From Bacteroidota bacterium (lineage in GTDB: Bacteria; Bacteroidota; Bacteroidia; UKL13-3), in NCBI GenBank assembly GCA_027491355.1, contig JAIXWI010000034.1, positions 4,240 to 68,239 on the forward strand: a stretch of 64,000 nt of DNA, given 5' to 3'. Below the pieces are notes generated by a model. It did no database searches. It saw only the letters and a list, made by a program, of their open reading frames with translations, and was not told where the DNA came from. Below are positions 1-11,500 of the stretch, in pieces (the first letter of the stretch is position 1; each line of letters starts with the position of its first letter). Made by a program: the position numbers and the translations under genes.

Positions 1-2886
1 CAGCAGTCCAAGTATACACAACATTGGCACTGTCTTTTATATTGGTTCTGAGCCTAATATTAGTAGTATCACCCGAGCAAAATGCTTGCTTTAAATTTTG
101 AAACAATACCTTTGGCTTTGGATTAATGGTGACCAATTGGGTATCTGGTTTTGACCATCCACATACATTGAGCGCTTTTAAGGTGACAGTGTATGTGATA
201 GGCACATTTGAGGTATTAGGAAACAAAATAGTAGGAAAACGTTGGTTGGCATTGCTCCCATTTACAAAAGTTGATCCTGCTGGTATAACCGCCCATTGGT
301 AATTGGTGATGCTGGTAAAACTGCTGTCGTAATTGGCATTCATTACCAAACGTTGGCTATCACATAACATTAAATCAGGTGGAAGCCCAACTACCGGAAT
401 GTCTGTAATGACTATAAAAGAATCTTTTACATATACCCCAGCACAGGTATTGGAAACTTCTAATCGAATGACATAATTGCCTTTTTGTTTGAACACCAAA
501 ACTGGATTCACAGAGGTATCTGTGGTTCCAGCAATGAATGAAAACCTTGTTTCTGAATTGAGCCAGGTTCCACTTAAGCTGTCCTTAACGCGCCATTTGT
601 AATTGGTTCTACCACAACTAGTCAGTGTGTTCGATAAATTTTGAATGGCAACTGTATCAGGAATACAGGTATTGGTTTGGTTTGATAGAAAAGTAAAATT
701 TGGAACAGGTATGGGTTGAACGCAGATGGTTTTGGCGATAGAGTCCCTGTTGCAACCAGGTGTTGCATTAGTAGCCTGATTTACAGACAATTTAATAGAA
801 TAAATTCCTGCTTTAAGAAATTTAATGTCGATAGAGGCATTTTCTGGTAAACTAAAATTGTATTTCAATTGACCAGAAACAACAACCCAATCAACACCTT
901 GAATACCGGGCGAAATTGACCATTGATGTGTCAATCTATTTTCACAATCATAAGAAGCACTAAAACTACTACCCTTTGAAATATTCTTAAAACTAAAATT
1001 AGAATTTACACATTGAATTGAATCTGGTGAGACTTTGAAATCAGCAACAACTTTATTTATAATTCTAATTGGATTTACTGAACTTACTGCTGTTCCACAT
1101 GGATTTGTACAACTAAAAGTCGCAACAAATGAATTATTTACTGTAGTATTTCCAATTACACTATTTGTTGAGCATGATGTATTTTTAAATGTATGATAAA
1201 TAATATTTGGCAAGTCTTCTTGGGTAAATACTTTATCTGGAGAACCATCATTTACCGCAAAAACATATTTTGTCTCAGGTAAATTTAATTTCGTATTTGC
1301 TGTGTCAACAGGAAATCCAATTGTAAATGGATTGCAATATTGTGGTTGTAAACCTGAAATTGGATACTTAATTGTACCTACTGGTAGAAAACCATTGTAT
1401 ATGTTGTAAATACTCTTATTTGAACAACCATTTTTGTTTACTACTTGTAATTCCAAATTAAAATATCCCAATTTGTTAAAAGTATGCGAAATAGACTGAG
1501 TATTTGAAAATGGTGCTGAATAAATATTTTCCTGATTATCCCCCCATTTTACACTGTATATTGAATCTGAGTTAAATGTTAAACTTTTAACATCAAGATA
1601 AGCATCAAATGATTGACTATCAATTGTAGCTTTACAATGTGTAAACAACCTCAAGTTTGAAGCCCAATCTACTCCATTAAAGATATCCAAAACGTTTGTA
1701 TCTATGTATGCAATTGGATTTTGTTTAGTTGTAATATTTAAAGTCTTGGAATTGCTACAATTATTGTTGTCTTTTATAATAAGTTCAATTGTATTTGGTG
1801 AACTTCCAGATCCATTATTTAATTGAAAACTGAATGAAGGATTTGTAATATTGTTCATAGAATTAGGTGCTCCAGCACCATAGAAATTCCAATTACTGGT
1901 TAAAGGAGCAGATCCAATTGAGTTATTTGTAGTATTAATTAAAGTTCCAGAGCACATAGAACTTAACTGGTTAATAGAAAAGTCTGCAATTGGCTTTCTA
2001 TTTACAACAATATTTTGATTTGTATTGGTAAAACAACCATTGTTGTCTGTAATGGTTAATTGTGTTGTGTATGTTTGACTTCCTGCTCCATTTGCTGGAT
2101 TGAAACTAACTGTTGGATTTTGCGAATTATTATTAGCTGGTGCACCAATACCTGTTCCAAATTGCCATGAATAATTTAAGGGAATATTACCTGTACTAGT
2201 TGCCGAAAAAGCAACATTTGAGCCAGCGCATATACTATTAGGAGTATTTGTAAAAGAAGCTGTTGGATTTTTATTGACTACAATTGTTTTATTGAGGTTA
2301 TCACTGCAACCATATTTATCTGTCACCGACAAATTAATGGTATAACTTTGACTACCAGTGCCATTTGCAGGATTGAAACTTACAGATGGGCTGGTATTAT
2401 TGGTATTTGCAGGTGCGCCTACTCCTGTTCCAAATTGCCAAGTATAATTTAATGGATTTACGCCCGAAGATGCATTTGTAAAGTTTACTGTATTGCCTGC
2501 ACAGGGTATATTCGGTGTAAATGAAAAATCGGGTATAGGCTTTGAAATGGTAAAACCTGTAATGGTATCGGCCTTGGTTCCATTGCTTGCGCGAATGGAA
2601 TAGGTACTAGCATTTGTCCTTGCTGGTACAGTCCAACTGTAACTTAAAGTTGTAACGTTGACATCAAGAATACCTGAACCAAAATTGCCATTTTGGTCTG
2701 ATACCTGAATTTTAAATAAGGGTGCAGGGCTTGTGGCAAAACCTGCTGTATCAAACCGAATGGTATAGCTGTTTCCACTGCACAAATTGGTTGGATTGCC
2801 ATCTATTCTTAAATTAGAAAGGCTTTGTGCCTCAGAAACAAAGGGAAATGCTAGAAATACTATTAAAATGTAAATGAACTTCTTCA
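1..2886 (-). CDS. PKD-repeat secreted surface protein, N-terminal part (C-terminus lies beyond the left window edge)
   Basis: Minus-strand translation is open from the window edge to a TTG at 2886. The predicted N-terminus MKKFIYILIVFLAFPFVSEAQ is signal-peptide-like. Repeated modules of about 80 aa carry the PKD-type motif N.S.G...YTWQFGTG at least five times. It is absent from the ORF track because no stop codon falls in the window. Confidence 0.6.
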
Positions 2887-3018
2887 AGGGTAGGTTGATT
2901 GTCAAATAGGATGCAATTTATGTAAATATTCTATTTTATTAAACAATTAACTATCAAAATGACAATAAATTACAGATTATTTTTAGGTTAAAAATCTTGT
3001 AAAATACTATTTGTATGT

Positions 3019-3522
3019 TTGAAGCCATATTCCATGCACACCTCCACCCTACAACAACTCAAACAAGCCATCCGAAAACTGCCACCAGCAGAATTGGAAG
3101 TATTGTTGTTACAAGTGGCAAAATTTAAGACGGCCAACAAGGCTTTGTTGCACTACCTTTTGTTTGAACAACAAGACGAGGAAGCATACATTGAAAAAGT
3201 AAAAGCAATGATGAGCGAAGCGTTTGAGGCAACCAATACCCATCAGGTGTATTTGGCTAAAAAAACCATCCGAAAAGCATTGCGCATTGCCGATACCCAT
3301 ATTCGGTATGCCAACAAACCAGAAACAACCGTCATAATTTTGCTGCATTTTTGCAGTTGTTTAGAACAGTTACCCATTGAATTTCAGAAATACCCTATTT
3401 TGGTTAATATGTACCAGCGTCAACTCAAAAAAATAGCGCAAGCCATTCAAAAACTACACGAAGATTTGCAATACGATTACACCCAAATGATTTTGAAAAC
3501 CCTCAAACACTACCCTGCATGA
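3019..3522 (+). CDS. hypothetical protein, predicted all-helical; start uncertain (TTG at 3019 or ATG at 3034)
   Basis: ORF with no recognisable motifs; the 4-bp overlap (ATGA) with the downstream EamA gene suggests co-transcription. Confidence 0.45.
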   Translation: MKPYSMHTSTLQQLKQAIRKLPPAELEVLLLQVAKFKTANKALLHYLLFEQQDEEAYIEKVKAMMSEAFEATNTHQVYLAKKTIRKALRIADTHIRYANKPETTVIILLHFCSCLEQLPIEFQKYPILVNMYQRQLKKIAQAIQKLHEDLQYDYTQMILKTLKHYPA

Positions 3523-4355
3523 GTATTTTCTGGTATGCTTTGCTGGTAAACACAGCTTACTTTACCGCTGATCTTTTTATAAAATTCAGCAGCACCCAAC
3601 AAAATGCCTGGGAGATTTTAAGATTCAGGAGTATATACGCTGTATTGTTATCGTTGGTTTTATTGGGCATCAGCCCAGAGCAATTACAAATACCAGCAGC
3701 AAGCCAATTGGCCATACTAATAGGCTGTGGTTTGCTGAATGCATTTGGCTTGTATGCATACATCAAAGCATTACAATCTTTACACTTTGCCAATGTTTCG
3801 GTACTGGGTATTGCGGGTGCCCTCATTCATTATGCTGTGGCAGCTATTTTTCAGCATTCAGTTTTGGGTATTTGGTTTTACATTGCTTCTTTGTTTTGTA
3901 TGGCTGGCATAGGCATTCAATGGAAAAAACAACAGTCCAACAGTGGTTTAATTTGGGCAGTGAGTGGCGCTATTGCCTGGGGGTTTGGTTATGCCTTGTT
4001 GTCTTTTCCTATGCAAACCTGTAGTGCTTCTTTTGCCACATTCACCACTGAATGTTGTTTGTTGGTGGTGGCACTTTTAATGGGTAGTCACAGTTCTTTT
4101 GTGGTGGCTTTCAAACAAAGTAAATATTTATTTGGAGTGGCATTTTTTACCATTTTAGGCTCTTGGTTGCTCAACATCAGTTATGCACAATTCAATTTGA
4201 ATGCGATGGGTTTTATGCAATTGGCATTCTTCCCCTACTCTTTGCTGGCAGGTTTTTTTATATTCAAAGAAAAACTCAGCCGCAGCGAATGGCTTGGCAT
4301 TGGCCTTATAGGCATTGGTCTTGTAGTCTATTTTTTATTGGTGGAAGCTGCTTGA
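3519..4355 (+). CDS. EamA/DMT-superfamily membrane transporter
   Basis: About 10 predicted TM helices arranged as two 5-TM halves, with a hydrophobic, glycine-rich composition typical of EamA-type drug/metabolite transporters. Confidence 0.65.
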   Translation: MSIFWYALLVNTAYFTADLFIKFSSTQQNAWEILRFRSIYAVLLSLVLLGISPEQLQIPAASQLAILIGCGLLNAFGLYAYIKALQSLHFANVSVLGIAGALIHYAVAAIFQHSVLGIWFYIASLFCMAGIGIQWKKQQSNSGLIWAVSGAIAWGFGYALLSFPMQTCSASFATFTTECCLLVVALLMGSHSSFVVAFKQSKYLFGVAFFTILGSWLLNISYAQFNLNAMGFMQLAFFPYSLLAGFFIFKEKLSRSEWLGIGLIGIGLVVYFLLVEAA

Positions 4356-4999
4356 TTGAACAATTCCGCATTTGACCATACATGCACTCCCAATTGTTTT
4401 TGTAGAGCAATGTTAACCATGGCTTTTGCAACGGTGATTGCTTCAATTCCTCTGTAAGCTTTTAAAGGGCCCACTAACAATAAATTAATGGGTTTGAATA
4501 CCCATTGAAAGATTTTTTCAAACAACCTAAATTCAGTTCTGGCACCCATTAACAAAGCAGGTCTGATAATTTGAAGTGCTTCAAAACCAAGGGCAATTAA
4601 ATCAGTTTCAACTTTGGCTTTTAAACGGCTATAAAATACCATCGATTTTTCATTGGCTCCCATGGCAGAAACCAACACAAATTGTGTGGCACCATTGGCT
4701 TTTGCATATTTGGCAATTTCTAATGGAATGCCGTGGTCTATTCGGGTATAATTTGCTTCATTGGGGGTTTTAGCTTTGGTAGTGCCTATGCAACAAAATA
4801 CATCATCTGCAAGCAACTGGTGTTGAATGTCCGAAAGTTGATCAAAATCAACGATTAATTGTTCTAATTTAGAATGAGCCAATACCAAATCTTTACGGGT
4901 TAGCGCTATTACTTTTTGGTAATGTGCATCGTTGAGTAACTGATATATGAGCTGTTTGCCCACCAAACCAGAGCCTCCTATTACAATGGCTGTCTTCAT
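4328..4999 (-). CDS. NAD(P)H-binding oxidoreductase (atypical SDR / NmrA-HTATIP2-like)
   Basis: N-terminal Rossmann motif IVIGGSGLVGKQL; about 220 aa, consistent with NAD(P)-binding epimerase/reductase-like proteins. Confidence 0.6.
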   Translation of the reverse strand: MKTAIVIGGSGLVGKQLIYQLLNDAHYQKVIALTRKDLVLAHSKLEQLIVDFDQLSDIQHQLLADDVFCCIGTTKAKTPNEANYTRIDHGIPLEIAKYAKANGATQFVLVSAMGANEKSMVFYSRLKAKVETDLIALGFEALQIIRPALLMGARTEFRLFEKIFQWVFKPINLLLVGPLKAYRGIEAITVAKAMVNIALQKQLGVHVWSNAELFNQAASTNKK

Positions 5000-5640
5000 T
5001 TTTTTTGAATGGGGTGGTTACTGTTTAGCAATTCAGGTTGTTGGGTAACCCAAGCGGCAATGTCCTCCACCAAAATATTGGCAGGCACTTGCAAATAGCC
5101 ATCTATTTTTTTGCCAGTTAAACGTAACATGTTTAAGTAAAACTGTTTCATTTTTTTTCGGATAGACATCCACCTTTTGGCAATTGCAATTTGATTGACC
5201 CTGAATACTTTGAAATCTTCAAAACCTATATTGGTTATTTCCTTTTCTAATTGCCACCTTCTTTTTAAGTAAGGGTTGGATTGGTTTTGTTCACAATGTG
5301 GATTGACCAACACAAACCTATTCACACCACATGATTTGGCTAGTTGAGCAATAGCTAATGGTATGTCGTAATCAAGTAAAGCAGCATCTTCAAGTAATTT
5401 ATCGCTTGAATAATTAGAGCCTAACATACAAAACACTTCATCTATTTCTAAAAAATGTGTTTGGTATTGGTTGATTTGTTTGAAATCAACAATGACTTTT
5501 TTGACATGGATATGTTTGAATTTACGCTCATTGATTCGGGTCAATACAGTAATGAATCGGTACATTTTATTGTTGACCAATTTTTGAACCAATAGTTTGC
5601 CGATATTACCGGAAACCCCAACTACCATTGCACGCCTCAT
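4996..5640 (-). CDS. NAD(P)H-binding oxidoreductase, tandem paralogue of the 4328..4999 gene
   Basis: N-terminal motif VVGVSGNIGKLL; similar length and colinear similarity to the downstream neighbour; 4-bp start/stop overlap. Confidence 0.55.
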   Translation of the reverse strand: MRRAMVVGVSGNIGKLLVQKLVNNKMYRFITVLTRINERKFKHIHVKKVIVDFKQINQYQTHFLEIDEVFCMLGSNYSSDKLLEDAALLDYDIPLAIAQLAKSCGVNRFVLVNPHCEQNQSNPYLKRRWQLEKEITNIGFEDFKVFRVNQIAIAKRWMSIRKKMKQFYLNMLRLTGKKIDGYLQVPANILVEDIAAWVTQQPELLNSNHPIQKK

Positions 5641-5739
5641 TGTGTTTTTTTTAGGAAGTTAAACTTTTTTTTCACAATTACACGCTCATAAACTTGAGTG
5701 AAGCGATTTTCAATTATTATTGAAAGAAATATTTTTAAC

Positions 5740-6534
5740 ATGATCAATAACCACGAAATAGATTACCGCATTTTTGGCAGTGAAATGCAATGTGTAGCAA
5801 TTGAACTCGACCCTCAAGAAACTGTGATGGCTGAACCTGGTAGTTTTATGATGATGCAAGAAGGCATAGAAATGAATACCATTTTTGGAGATGGTTCTCA
5901 ACAATCTGGTGGCATTTTCGGTAAGTTAATGTCGGCTGGAAAGCGCATGCTTACAGGAGAGAGCTTGTTCATGACTGCTTATACCAACAATGGATATGGT
6001 AAAAAAGAAGTTACCTTTGCAGCCCCCTACCCTGGTAAAATCATTCCCATTGATTTGAACCGTATGGGTGGTAGAATGACTTGTCAAAAAGATTCATTTT
6101 TATGTGCAGCAAAAGGTGTGAGTGTGGGCATTGAATTTCAAAAAAAATTAGGAACTGGCTTGTTTGGTGGCGAAGGTTTCATCATGCAAAAATTAGAAGG
6201 TGATGGCATGGCTTTTTTACATGCTGGCGGCCATGTAGAGGAAAGAGAACTGCAACCAGGTGAATTGTTAAAAATAGATACGGGTTGTATAGTAGCATTT
6301 ACCAAAGAGGTTGATTATGACATTCAATTTGTGGGTGGTATTAAGAATACATTTTTTGGTGGTGAAGGGGTGTTTTTTGCAACCCTCAGAGGCCCCGGAA
6401 AAGTTTGGATTCAATCTTTACCTATTTCTAGATTAGCTGGAAGAATTATCAGCTATGGTAGTGTAGGTGGCAGACGTGAAGAAGGTGGATTGCTAGGAGG
6501 CATAGGTAATTTATTGGATGGCGATGGCTTTTAA
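5740..6534 (+). CDS. TIGR00266 / DUF124 (AIM24-like) family protein
   Basis: N-terminus MINNHEIDYRIFGSEMQCVAIELDPQE and a Gly-rich tail are typical of the DUF124/AIM24 family. The ATG at 5740 is preferred over the upstream GTG at 5698 of the ORF track. Confidence 0.55.
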   Translation: MINNHEIDYRIFGSEMQCVAIELDPQETVMAEPGSFMMMQEGIEMNTIFGDGSQQSGGIFGKLMSAGKRMLTGESLFMTAYTNNGYGKKEVTFAAPYPGKIIPIDLNRMGGRMTCQKDSFLCAAKGVSVGIEFQKKLGTGLFGGEGFIMQKLEGDGMAFLHAGGHVEERELQPGELLKIDTGCIVAFTKEVDYDIQFVGGIKNTFFGGEGVFFATLRGPGKVWIQSLPISRLAGRIISYGSVGGRREEGGLLGGIGNLLDGDGF

Positions 6535-6556
6535 TTTTTAATCTGTAACATTCCTG

Positions 6557-7567
6557 ATGAATTCAATTCCCAAAATTGATGTGCATGCACATATTTTGCC
6601 TGCTCAAATGCCCAATCTTAAAACCAAATATGGCTATGGTGATGATTTTATATACCTAGACCATAAGGGTCCAGACAAGGCTGATATGATGAAAGCCAAT
6701 GGGCAATTTTTTAGAACAATTGATAGTTTGTGTTGGGATCCGGAAGCCATATTGGCACATATGGACAAGCACGGTGTTCAAATGATGGCTTTGTCTATTG
6801 TACCTGTTTTGTTTTACTATTGGGCAAAACCTGAACACACCTTAGAATGGGCGCAATACTACAATAACCATGTTGCCGATATTCAAAAAAAATACCCAAA
6901 AAGATTTGTTGGACTTGGCACTTTGCCCATGCAGGATATTGATTTGGCTTGCCAAGAATTAAAGCGTTGCAAAGAATTGAATTTACCGGGTATAGAAATA
7001 GCCAGTCACATACTAGACAAAAACTTAGACGATGAAAGTTTTTACCCTTTGTACCAATTGGCCTCCGATTTGGACATGTGTATTTTTGTTCACCCATGGG
7101 ATATGATGGGTCAAGAAAAAATGCCCAAATACTTTTTACCTTGGTTGATTGGAATGCCAGCAGAAACTTCTTTGGCAATTTGCAGCATGATTTTTGGCGG
7201 CATTTTTGACAAGTTTCCAAAATTAAGGGTTTTATTTGCTCATGGTGGAGGCTGTTTCCCACAAACATTGGGCAGAATTTCACATGCTTACCATGCACGT
7301 CCAGACTTATGCAATATTCATCAAGTACATGACCCTAAAACCTATTTAGATAAGTTTTACATCGACTCATTGGTGCATGATGAAGCTACTTTTGATTTTA
7401 TTCTGCAACAATTTGGTGCAGATAGAATTGCCATGGGCAGCGATTTCCCTTTCCCTTTAGGAGATTTAGAACATGGTAAATTCATTGAAGAACATGCAAA
7501 CATGAGCCTTGAAGACAAACAAAAGGTGTTGTACTTGACTGCAAAAAAATGGCTGGGGATTGAATAA
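6557..7567 (+). CDS. amidohydrolase-2 family decarboxylase, ACMSD-like (2-amino-3-carboxymuconate-6-semialdehyde decarboxylase family)
   Basis: Metal-binding motifs HAHILP (N-terminus), FVHPWDM, LPWLIGMPAETSLAICSMIFGGIFDKFPKL, FAHGGG and GSDFPFPLG are colinear with the ACMSD family. Confidence 0.7.
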   Translation: MNSIPKIDVHAHILPAQMPNLKTKYGYGDDFIYLDHKGPDKADMMKANGQFFRTIDSLCWDPEAILAHMDKHGVQMMALSIVPVLFYYWAKPEHTLEWAQYYNNHVADIQKKYPKRFVGLGTLPMQDIDLACQELKRCKELNLPGIEIASHILDKNLDDESFYPLYQLASDLDMCIFVHPWDMMGQEKMPKYFLPWLIGMPAETSLAICSMIFGGIFDKFPKLRVLFAHGGGCFPQTLGRISHAYHARPDLCNIHQVHDPKTYLDKFYIDSLVHDEATFDFILQQFGADRIAMGSDFPFPLGDLEHGKFIEEHANMSLEDKQKVLYLTAKKWLGIE

Positions 7568-7680
7568 TTGTAAATTCAGAACTGGATAATAACTGAATTT
7601 GATTTAGAAATGAATTAAGGCTTTATTTTAATAATTTTTTATCCCTGATTACAACAAGCACTGAGTTCTTATTAATATAT

Positions 7681-7696
7681 AGCTCCTAGCGGAGCT
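7681..7696. repeat. REP-like palindrome AGCTCCTAGCGGAGCT (6-bp arms) upstream of the Y1 transposase
   Basis: Inverted repeat read directly from the sequence, inside a 425-bp AT-rich non-coding gap. Confidence 0.5.
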
Positions 7697-7782
7697 GATT
7701 GCTTTAAATTTTACTATGAATTCGTATGTAAGGAAACCCTGTAAAGGTTAAATATTAATAACAAATGTACCATTATTAACAC

Positions 7783-7799
7783 TAACCCCATAGGGGTTA
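7783..7799. repeat. REP-like hairpin TAACCCC-ATA-GGGGTTA (7-bp stem)
   Basis: Perfect 7-bp inverted repeat with a 3-nt loop, about 190 bp upstream of the Y1 transposase gene. Confidence 0.5.
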
Positions 7800-7992
7800 A
7801 ATATTTACAATTTACTTATACAAGTCACTGTAAAACTAAACATTACAAAGATTTCGAACGACATTTAAATTAAAAACCATTCAGAATTTGACATAAGGAC
7901 ATCCCTAAAAATTTAACTGATCAACCTTGAAATTATTCAAATTTTATTTGCTGGGTTAAATTGTAACAATTCACAACATCAATAACCATTTC

Positions 7993-8439
7993 ATGTCAAA
8001 CACCTATACCCAAATTTATATTCAGATAGTTTTTTGCGTTAAAAAGAGAGAGAAATTAATCGATAAATCATGGAGACAAGAACTTTTCAAATACATCAGT
8101 GGAATCATTCAAAATAAAGGTCAAAAATTATATGCAATTGGAGGTGTTGAAGATCATTTACATATTTTAGTCAGCATGAAACCTTCAATTTCAATTTCCG
8201 AATTGGTTCGAGATATTAAAATGAATTCTACTTACTGGATTAATCAAAAACATTTTGTAAAAAAAAGATTTGAATGGCAACCTGGTTATGGTGCATTTTC
8301 TTATAATCAAAAATTATTAGATACAGTTATTAACTACATTTTTCGTCAAGAAGTACACCACGCAAAAAAAGATTTCAAAACAGAATACAAAGAAATGTTG
8401 AATCATTACCAAGTTGATTTCAACGAAAAGTATTTATAA
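7993..8439 (+). CDS. IS200/IS605-family Y1 (HUH) transposase, likely REP-associated (RAYT-like), solitary copy
   Basis: 148 aa. HUH motif HLHILV and a C-terminal Y..Q motif NYIFRQE match Y1_Tnp (PF01797) architecture. The gene is AT-rich and there is no adjacent tnpB. Confidence 0.65.
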   Translation: MSNTYTQIYIQIVFCVKKREKLIDKSWRQELFKYISGIIQNKGQKLYAIGGVEDHLHILVSMKPSISISELVRDIKMNSTYWINQKHFVKKRFEWQPGYGAFSYNQKLLDTVINYIFRQEVHHAKKDFKTEYKEMLNHYQVDFNEKYL

Positions 8440-8547
8440 TTATTATTTCAAAAAAACAAAATAGCACTGTTAATGTTGTATAAATCTAGCACTTAAAGTT
8501 TTCCATATATTAGAAATTTGGCAATTTAAAGTATCTTTACTTCCGTT

Positions 8548-11500
8548 TTGATAGGCATAACTCCATACCTTAGTCTCCTTAAAAAGTTTGTATTGATATA
8601 CTTCTTTTTATGGAGTTTTGGGCTTTGGGCAAATACATTGCCATCAAGAAATAAAGGAATTGTTTTCATTGAAAACAAAGGACAATGGGATCAAAACATT
8701 TTGTTCAGAGCTGATATTCCAACAGGTAAATTGTTTGTAGAGGCTGGTATCCTGACTTATGTATTTGAAGACAAAGCAAGTTTGCATGAATTGTTACATG
8801 GCAAAACCACTGGCAAAAGTAAATTTCATGCCGTTAAACTCAAATTTGGCAATGCGGCATACATACCAACTGTTGTCAAAGAAAAGGTCTCTCCTATTTA
8901 CTATAACTATTACAAAGGTGCACCTGAAAAATGGGCAAGCCATGTTCAGGCATTTCAGCAAATTACCTTAAAAAATATTTACCCTGGCATACACCTTGAA
9001 TTGCTCACTAAAGGTGATGCCGTAAAGCTGAACTATATCATAGAACCAGGTGCAAACCCCAACCAAATTCAACTTGTTTATGAAGGAGCGGATCGGTTAA
9101 AATTGAAACAAAATGGTTTACAAATCAGCACTTCACTAGGAGAAATTATTGAAGAGGCACCTTATGCTTATCAGCAAATTGGAGTAAAGCAAAACAACAT
9201 TCCTTGTAGTTTGGTTCTGAAGCAAAACATGGTAACATTTAAAGTTGGAAACTACCAGCATCAAAATCAATTGGTAATAGATCCAACACAAATTTTTGGA
9301 AGTTATATTGGTAGTATTGCCGATAATTTTGGCTTTTCTGCTACCTATGACAAAGATGGAAATGTTTATGGTGCAGGTACCGTTTACGATTACACGTTTC
9401 CTTCAACAGCGGGTGCTTATGATTTAACCTTCAATGAAGGATTTGAAGGAGGAGCAGAATTTGCATGTGATGTTTTTGTTTCAAAATTCAATGCAGATGG
9501 CAGTAGTTTATTGTTTGCAACCTATTTGGGAGGGCAAAAAAATGAACAACCTTATAGTTTAGTGGTAAACCCTAACAACGAATTACTGGTTTTAGGAAGT
9601 ACGGGGTCAACAAATTTTCCTACAACGCCAGGTACTTTTGACAATACCCATAACGGATTTTACGATTTATTTGTATCCAAATTTAACAGTGATGGAACAA
9701 GTCTCGTTGCCTCAACTTACATGGGGGGAGACAAAGACGATGGCATCAATGGGCAAATTGCATTTAAGTACAGTACAGATTTCCCACTTGCATACAATTA
9801 TGCTGATTGTTTCAGATCTGAAATTATTTGTGATAATTTAGGAAATGTATACTTTGCAAGTACTACACAATCTCAAAATTTCACCAGTTCAAATGCTGCT
9901 CAGAATTCATTTGGTGGAGGCAATCAAGATGGCATAGTTGTAAAAATGAATGCCAATTTAAACCGTGTATTGTTTTCAACGTTTCTAGGTGGTGCAAAAG
10001 ATGATGCCGCCTATGCTTTGTGCTTAGATGCAAAAAACAATTTATTTGTTTGTGGAAGTTCTAACAGTACCACAATACCAAACATCAAAAACAACAACAA
10101 TGGATTAATAGATGGCATACTTGCCAAATACAATGCAAATTCTGGCGCACTTCAACAATTGGTTTTCCATGGAACAGCTGAAAATGACCAACACTTTTTT
10201 GTACAAACTGATTTAGCAGGATATCCTTATGTTTTAGGACAAACTGAAGGCATTTTACCTCATACTGCAAATACTTATCACAATGAGGGGTCAAAACAAT
10301 TTATCAGTAAGTTTGATTTCCTGTTAGATACAACATTGGTACAAGGTTGTTTTGGAAGTAACGCCATATTACCCAACTTAGTTCCAGCTGCTTTGATGAT
10401 AGATGATTGTGGTAAAATATACATCAGTGGATGGGGAGGTATTGTGAATGAAAATTTCCACTTAGGCACAGGTAATGTCAATAATTTTCCTTTAAGTGCA
10501 GATGCATTTCAAACACAAACAGATGGTTCTGACTTTTACTTCGCAGTTTTCGCTAAAAACATGGTTGGGCTCAATTACGCAAGTTACTATGGAGGCAAAC
10601 AGAGCAATGAACATGTTGATGGTGGAAGCTCTCGGTTTGATAAAAAAGGAATCATTTACCAAAGTGTATGTGCAGGATGTGGTGGTTTTTCTGATTTTCC
10701 AACTACTCAAAATGCCCATTCAAGAAACAACCCAGCTGTAAGACCAAACAGAAATGAGGGTGGCTGTAATTTAGCAATTTTTAAATTTGATGCAAGACCA
10801 GTTAATCAAGCACCTGAGTTTAACGATACACTCCTATACCTAACAGCAGGCGACACCCTCAATTTTGCAATTCAAGTAACAGACAAAGATGCAGACCTCA
10901 TGCAAATTCAGTTAGAAGGCAATTTAATTGGACTGAACCCTGCTAAAATAAAATTGACAGATACCCTTAGCACCTTTGGTTCGCTTAAAGCTTGGTTACA
11001 TTTTTACAGCAACTGTACAGACCATTTAAACGATACTTTTGTAATAACTGTAAAGGTATTTGATGCTGCATGTCCTAATTCATTGACAACTACAAGAAAA
11101 ATTAAAATTCTGGTTTTAGCTCCTGGTATAGAAGCTCCTGTATTAACTTGTGTGAGTAGCAATTCAAACAATTCAATTTTACTCAAATGGGGACAGTCAG
11201 GGGAATTAGCTGTACCCAATCAAATTCAAATTTTTAAAAAAGTAAACAATGGTAAATTCAATTTACTGAGCACTACATCGCAAAACCAATACCTAGACCC
11301 AAACAATGGAATTCAACTCAGCAATTCAATTTGTTACAAACTAGTAGGAATCAACAACTGCGGTATACCAAGTGACAGCTCTAATGAATTGTGTTTTGAC
11401 AATAGCAGCAATGAAAAAGATCGATTGGCGTTTACAAATTTAGATACCATTACAAAAAAAATTCAAGTATTTGATACCCTTGACATCTCATTTACTATAG

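Noticed and set aside
3109-3826. Short minus-strand ORFs (3109..3348, 3557..3826) antisense to the hypothetical and EamA genes
   Set aside because: They are fully embedded antisense in longer, better-supported ORFs, and the translations are low-complexity and Cys/Phe-rich.
7731-7748. Third hairpin AACC-CTGTAAA-GGTT in the Y1 transposase upstream gap
   Set aside because: Only a 4-bp stem with a 7-nt loop; too weak to call.
8548-8700. Upstream TTG start of the SBBP protein (MIGITPYLS...)
   Set aside because: The true start may be internal (the hydrophobic segment begins around KKFVLIYFFLW). The coordinate is kept but flagged uncertain rather than called a separate leader peptide.
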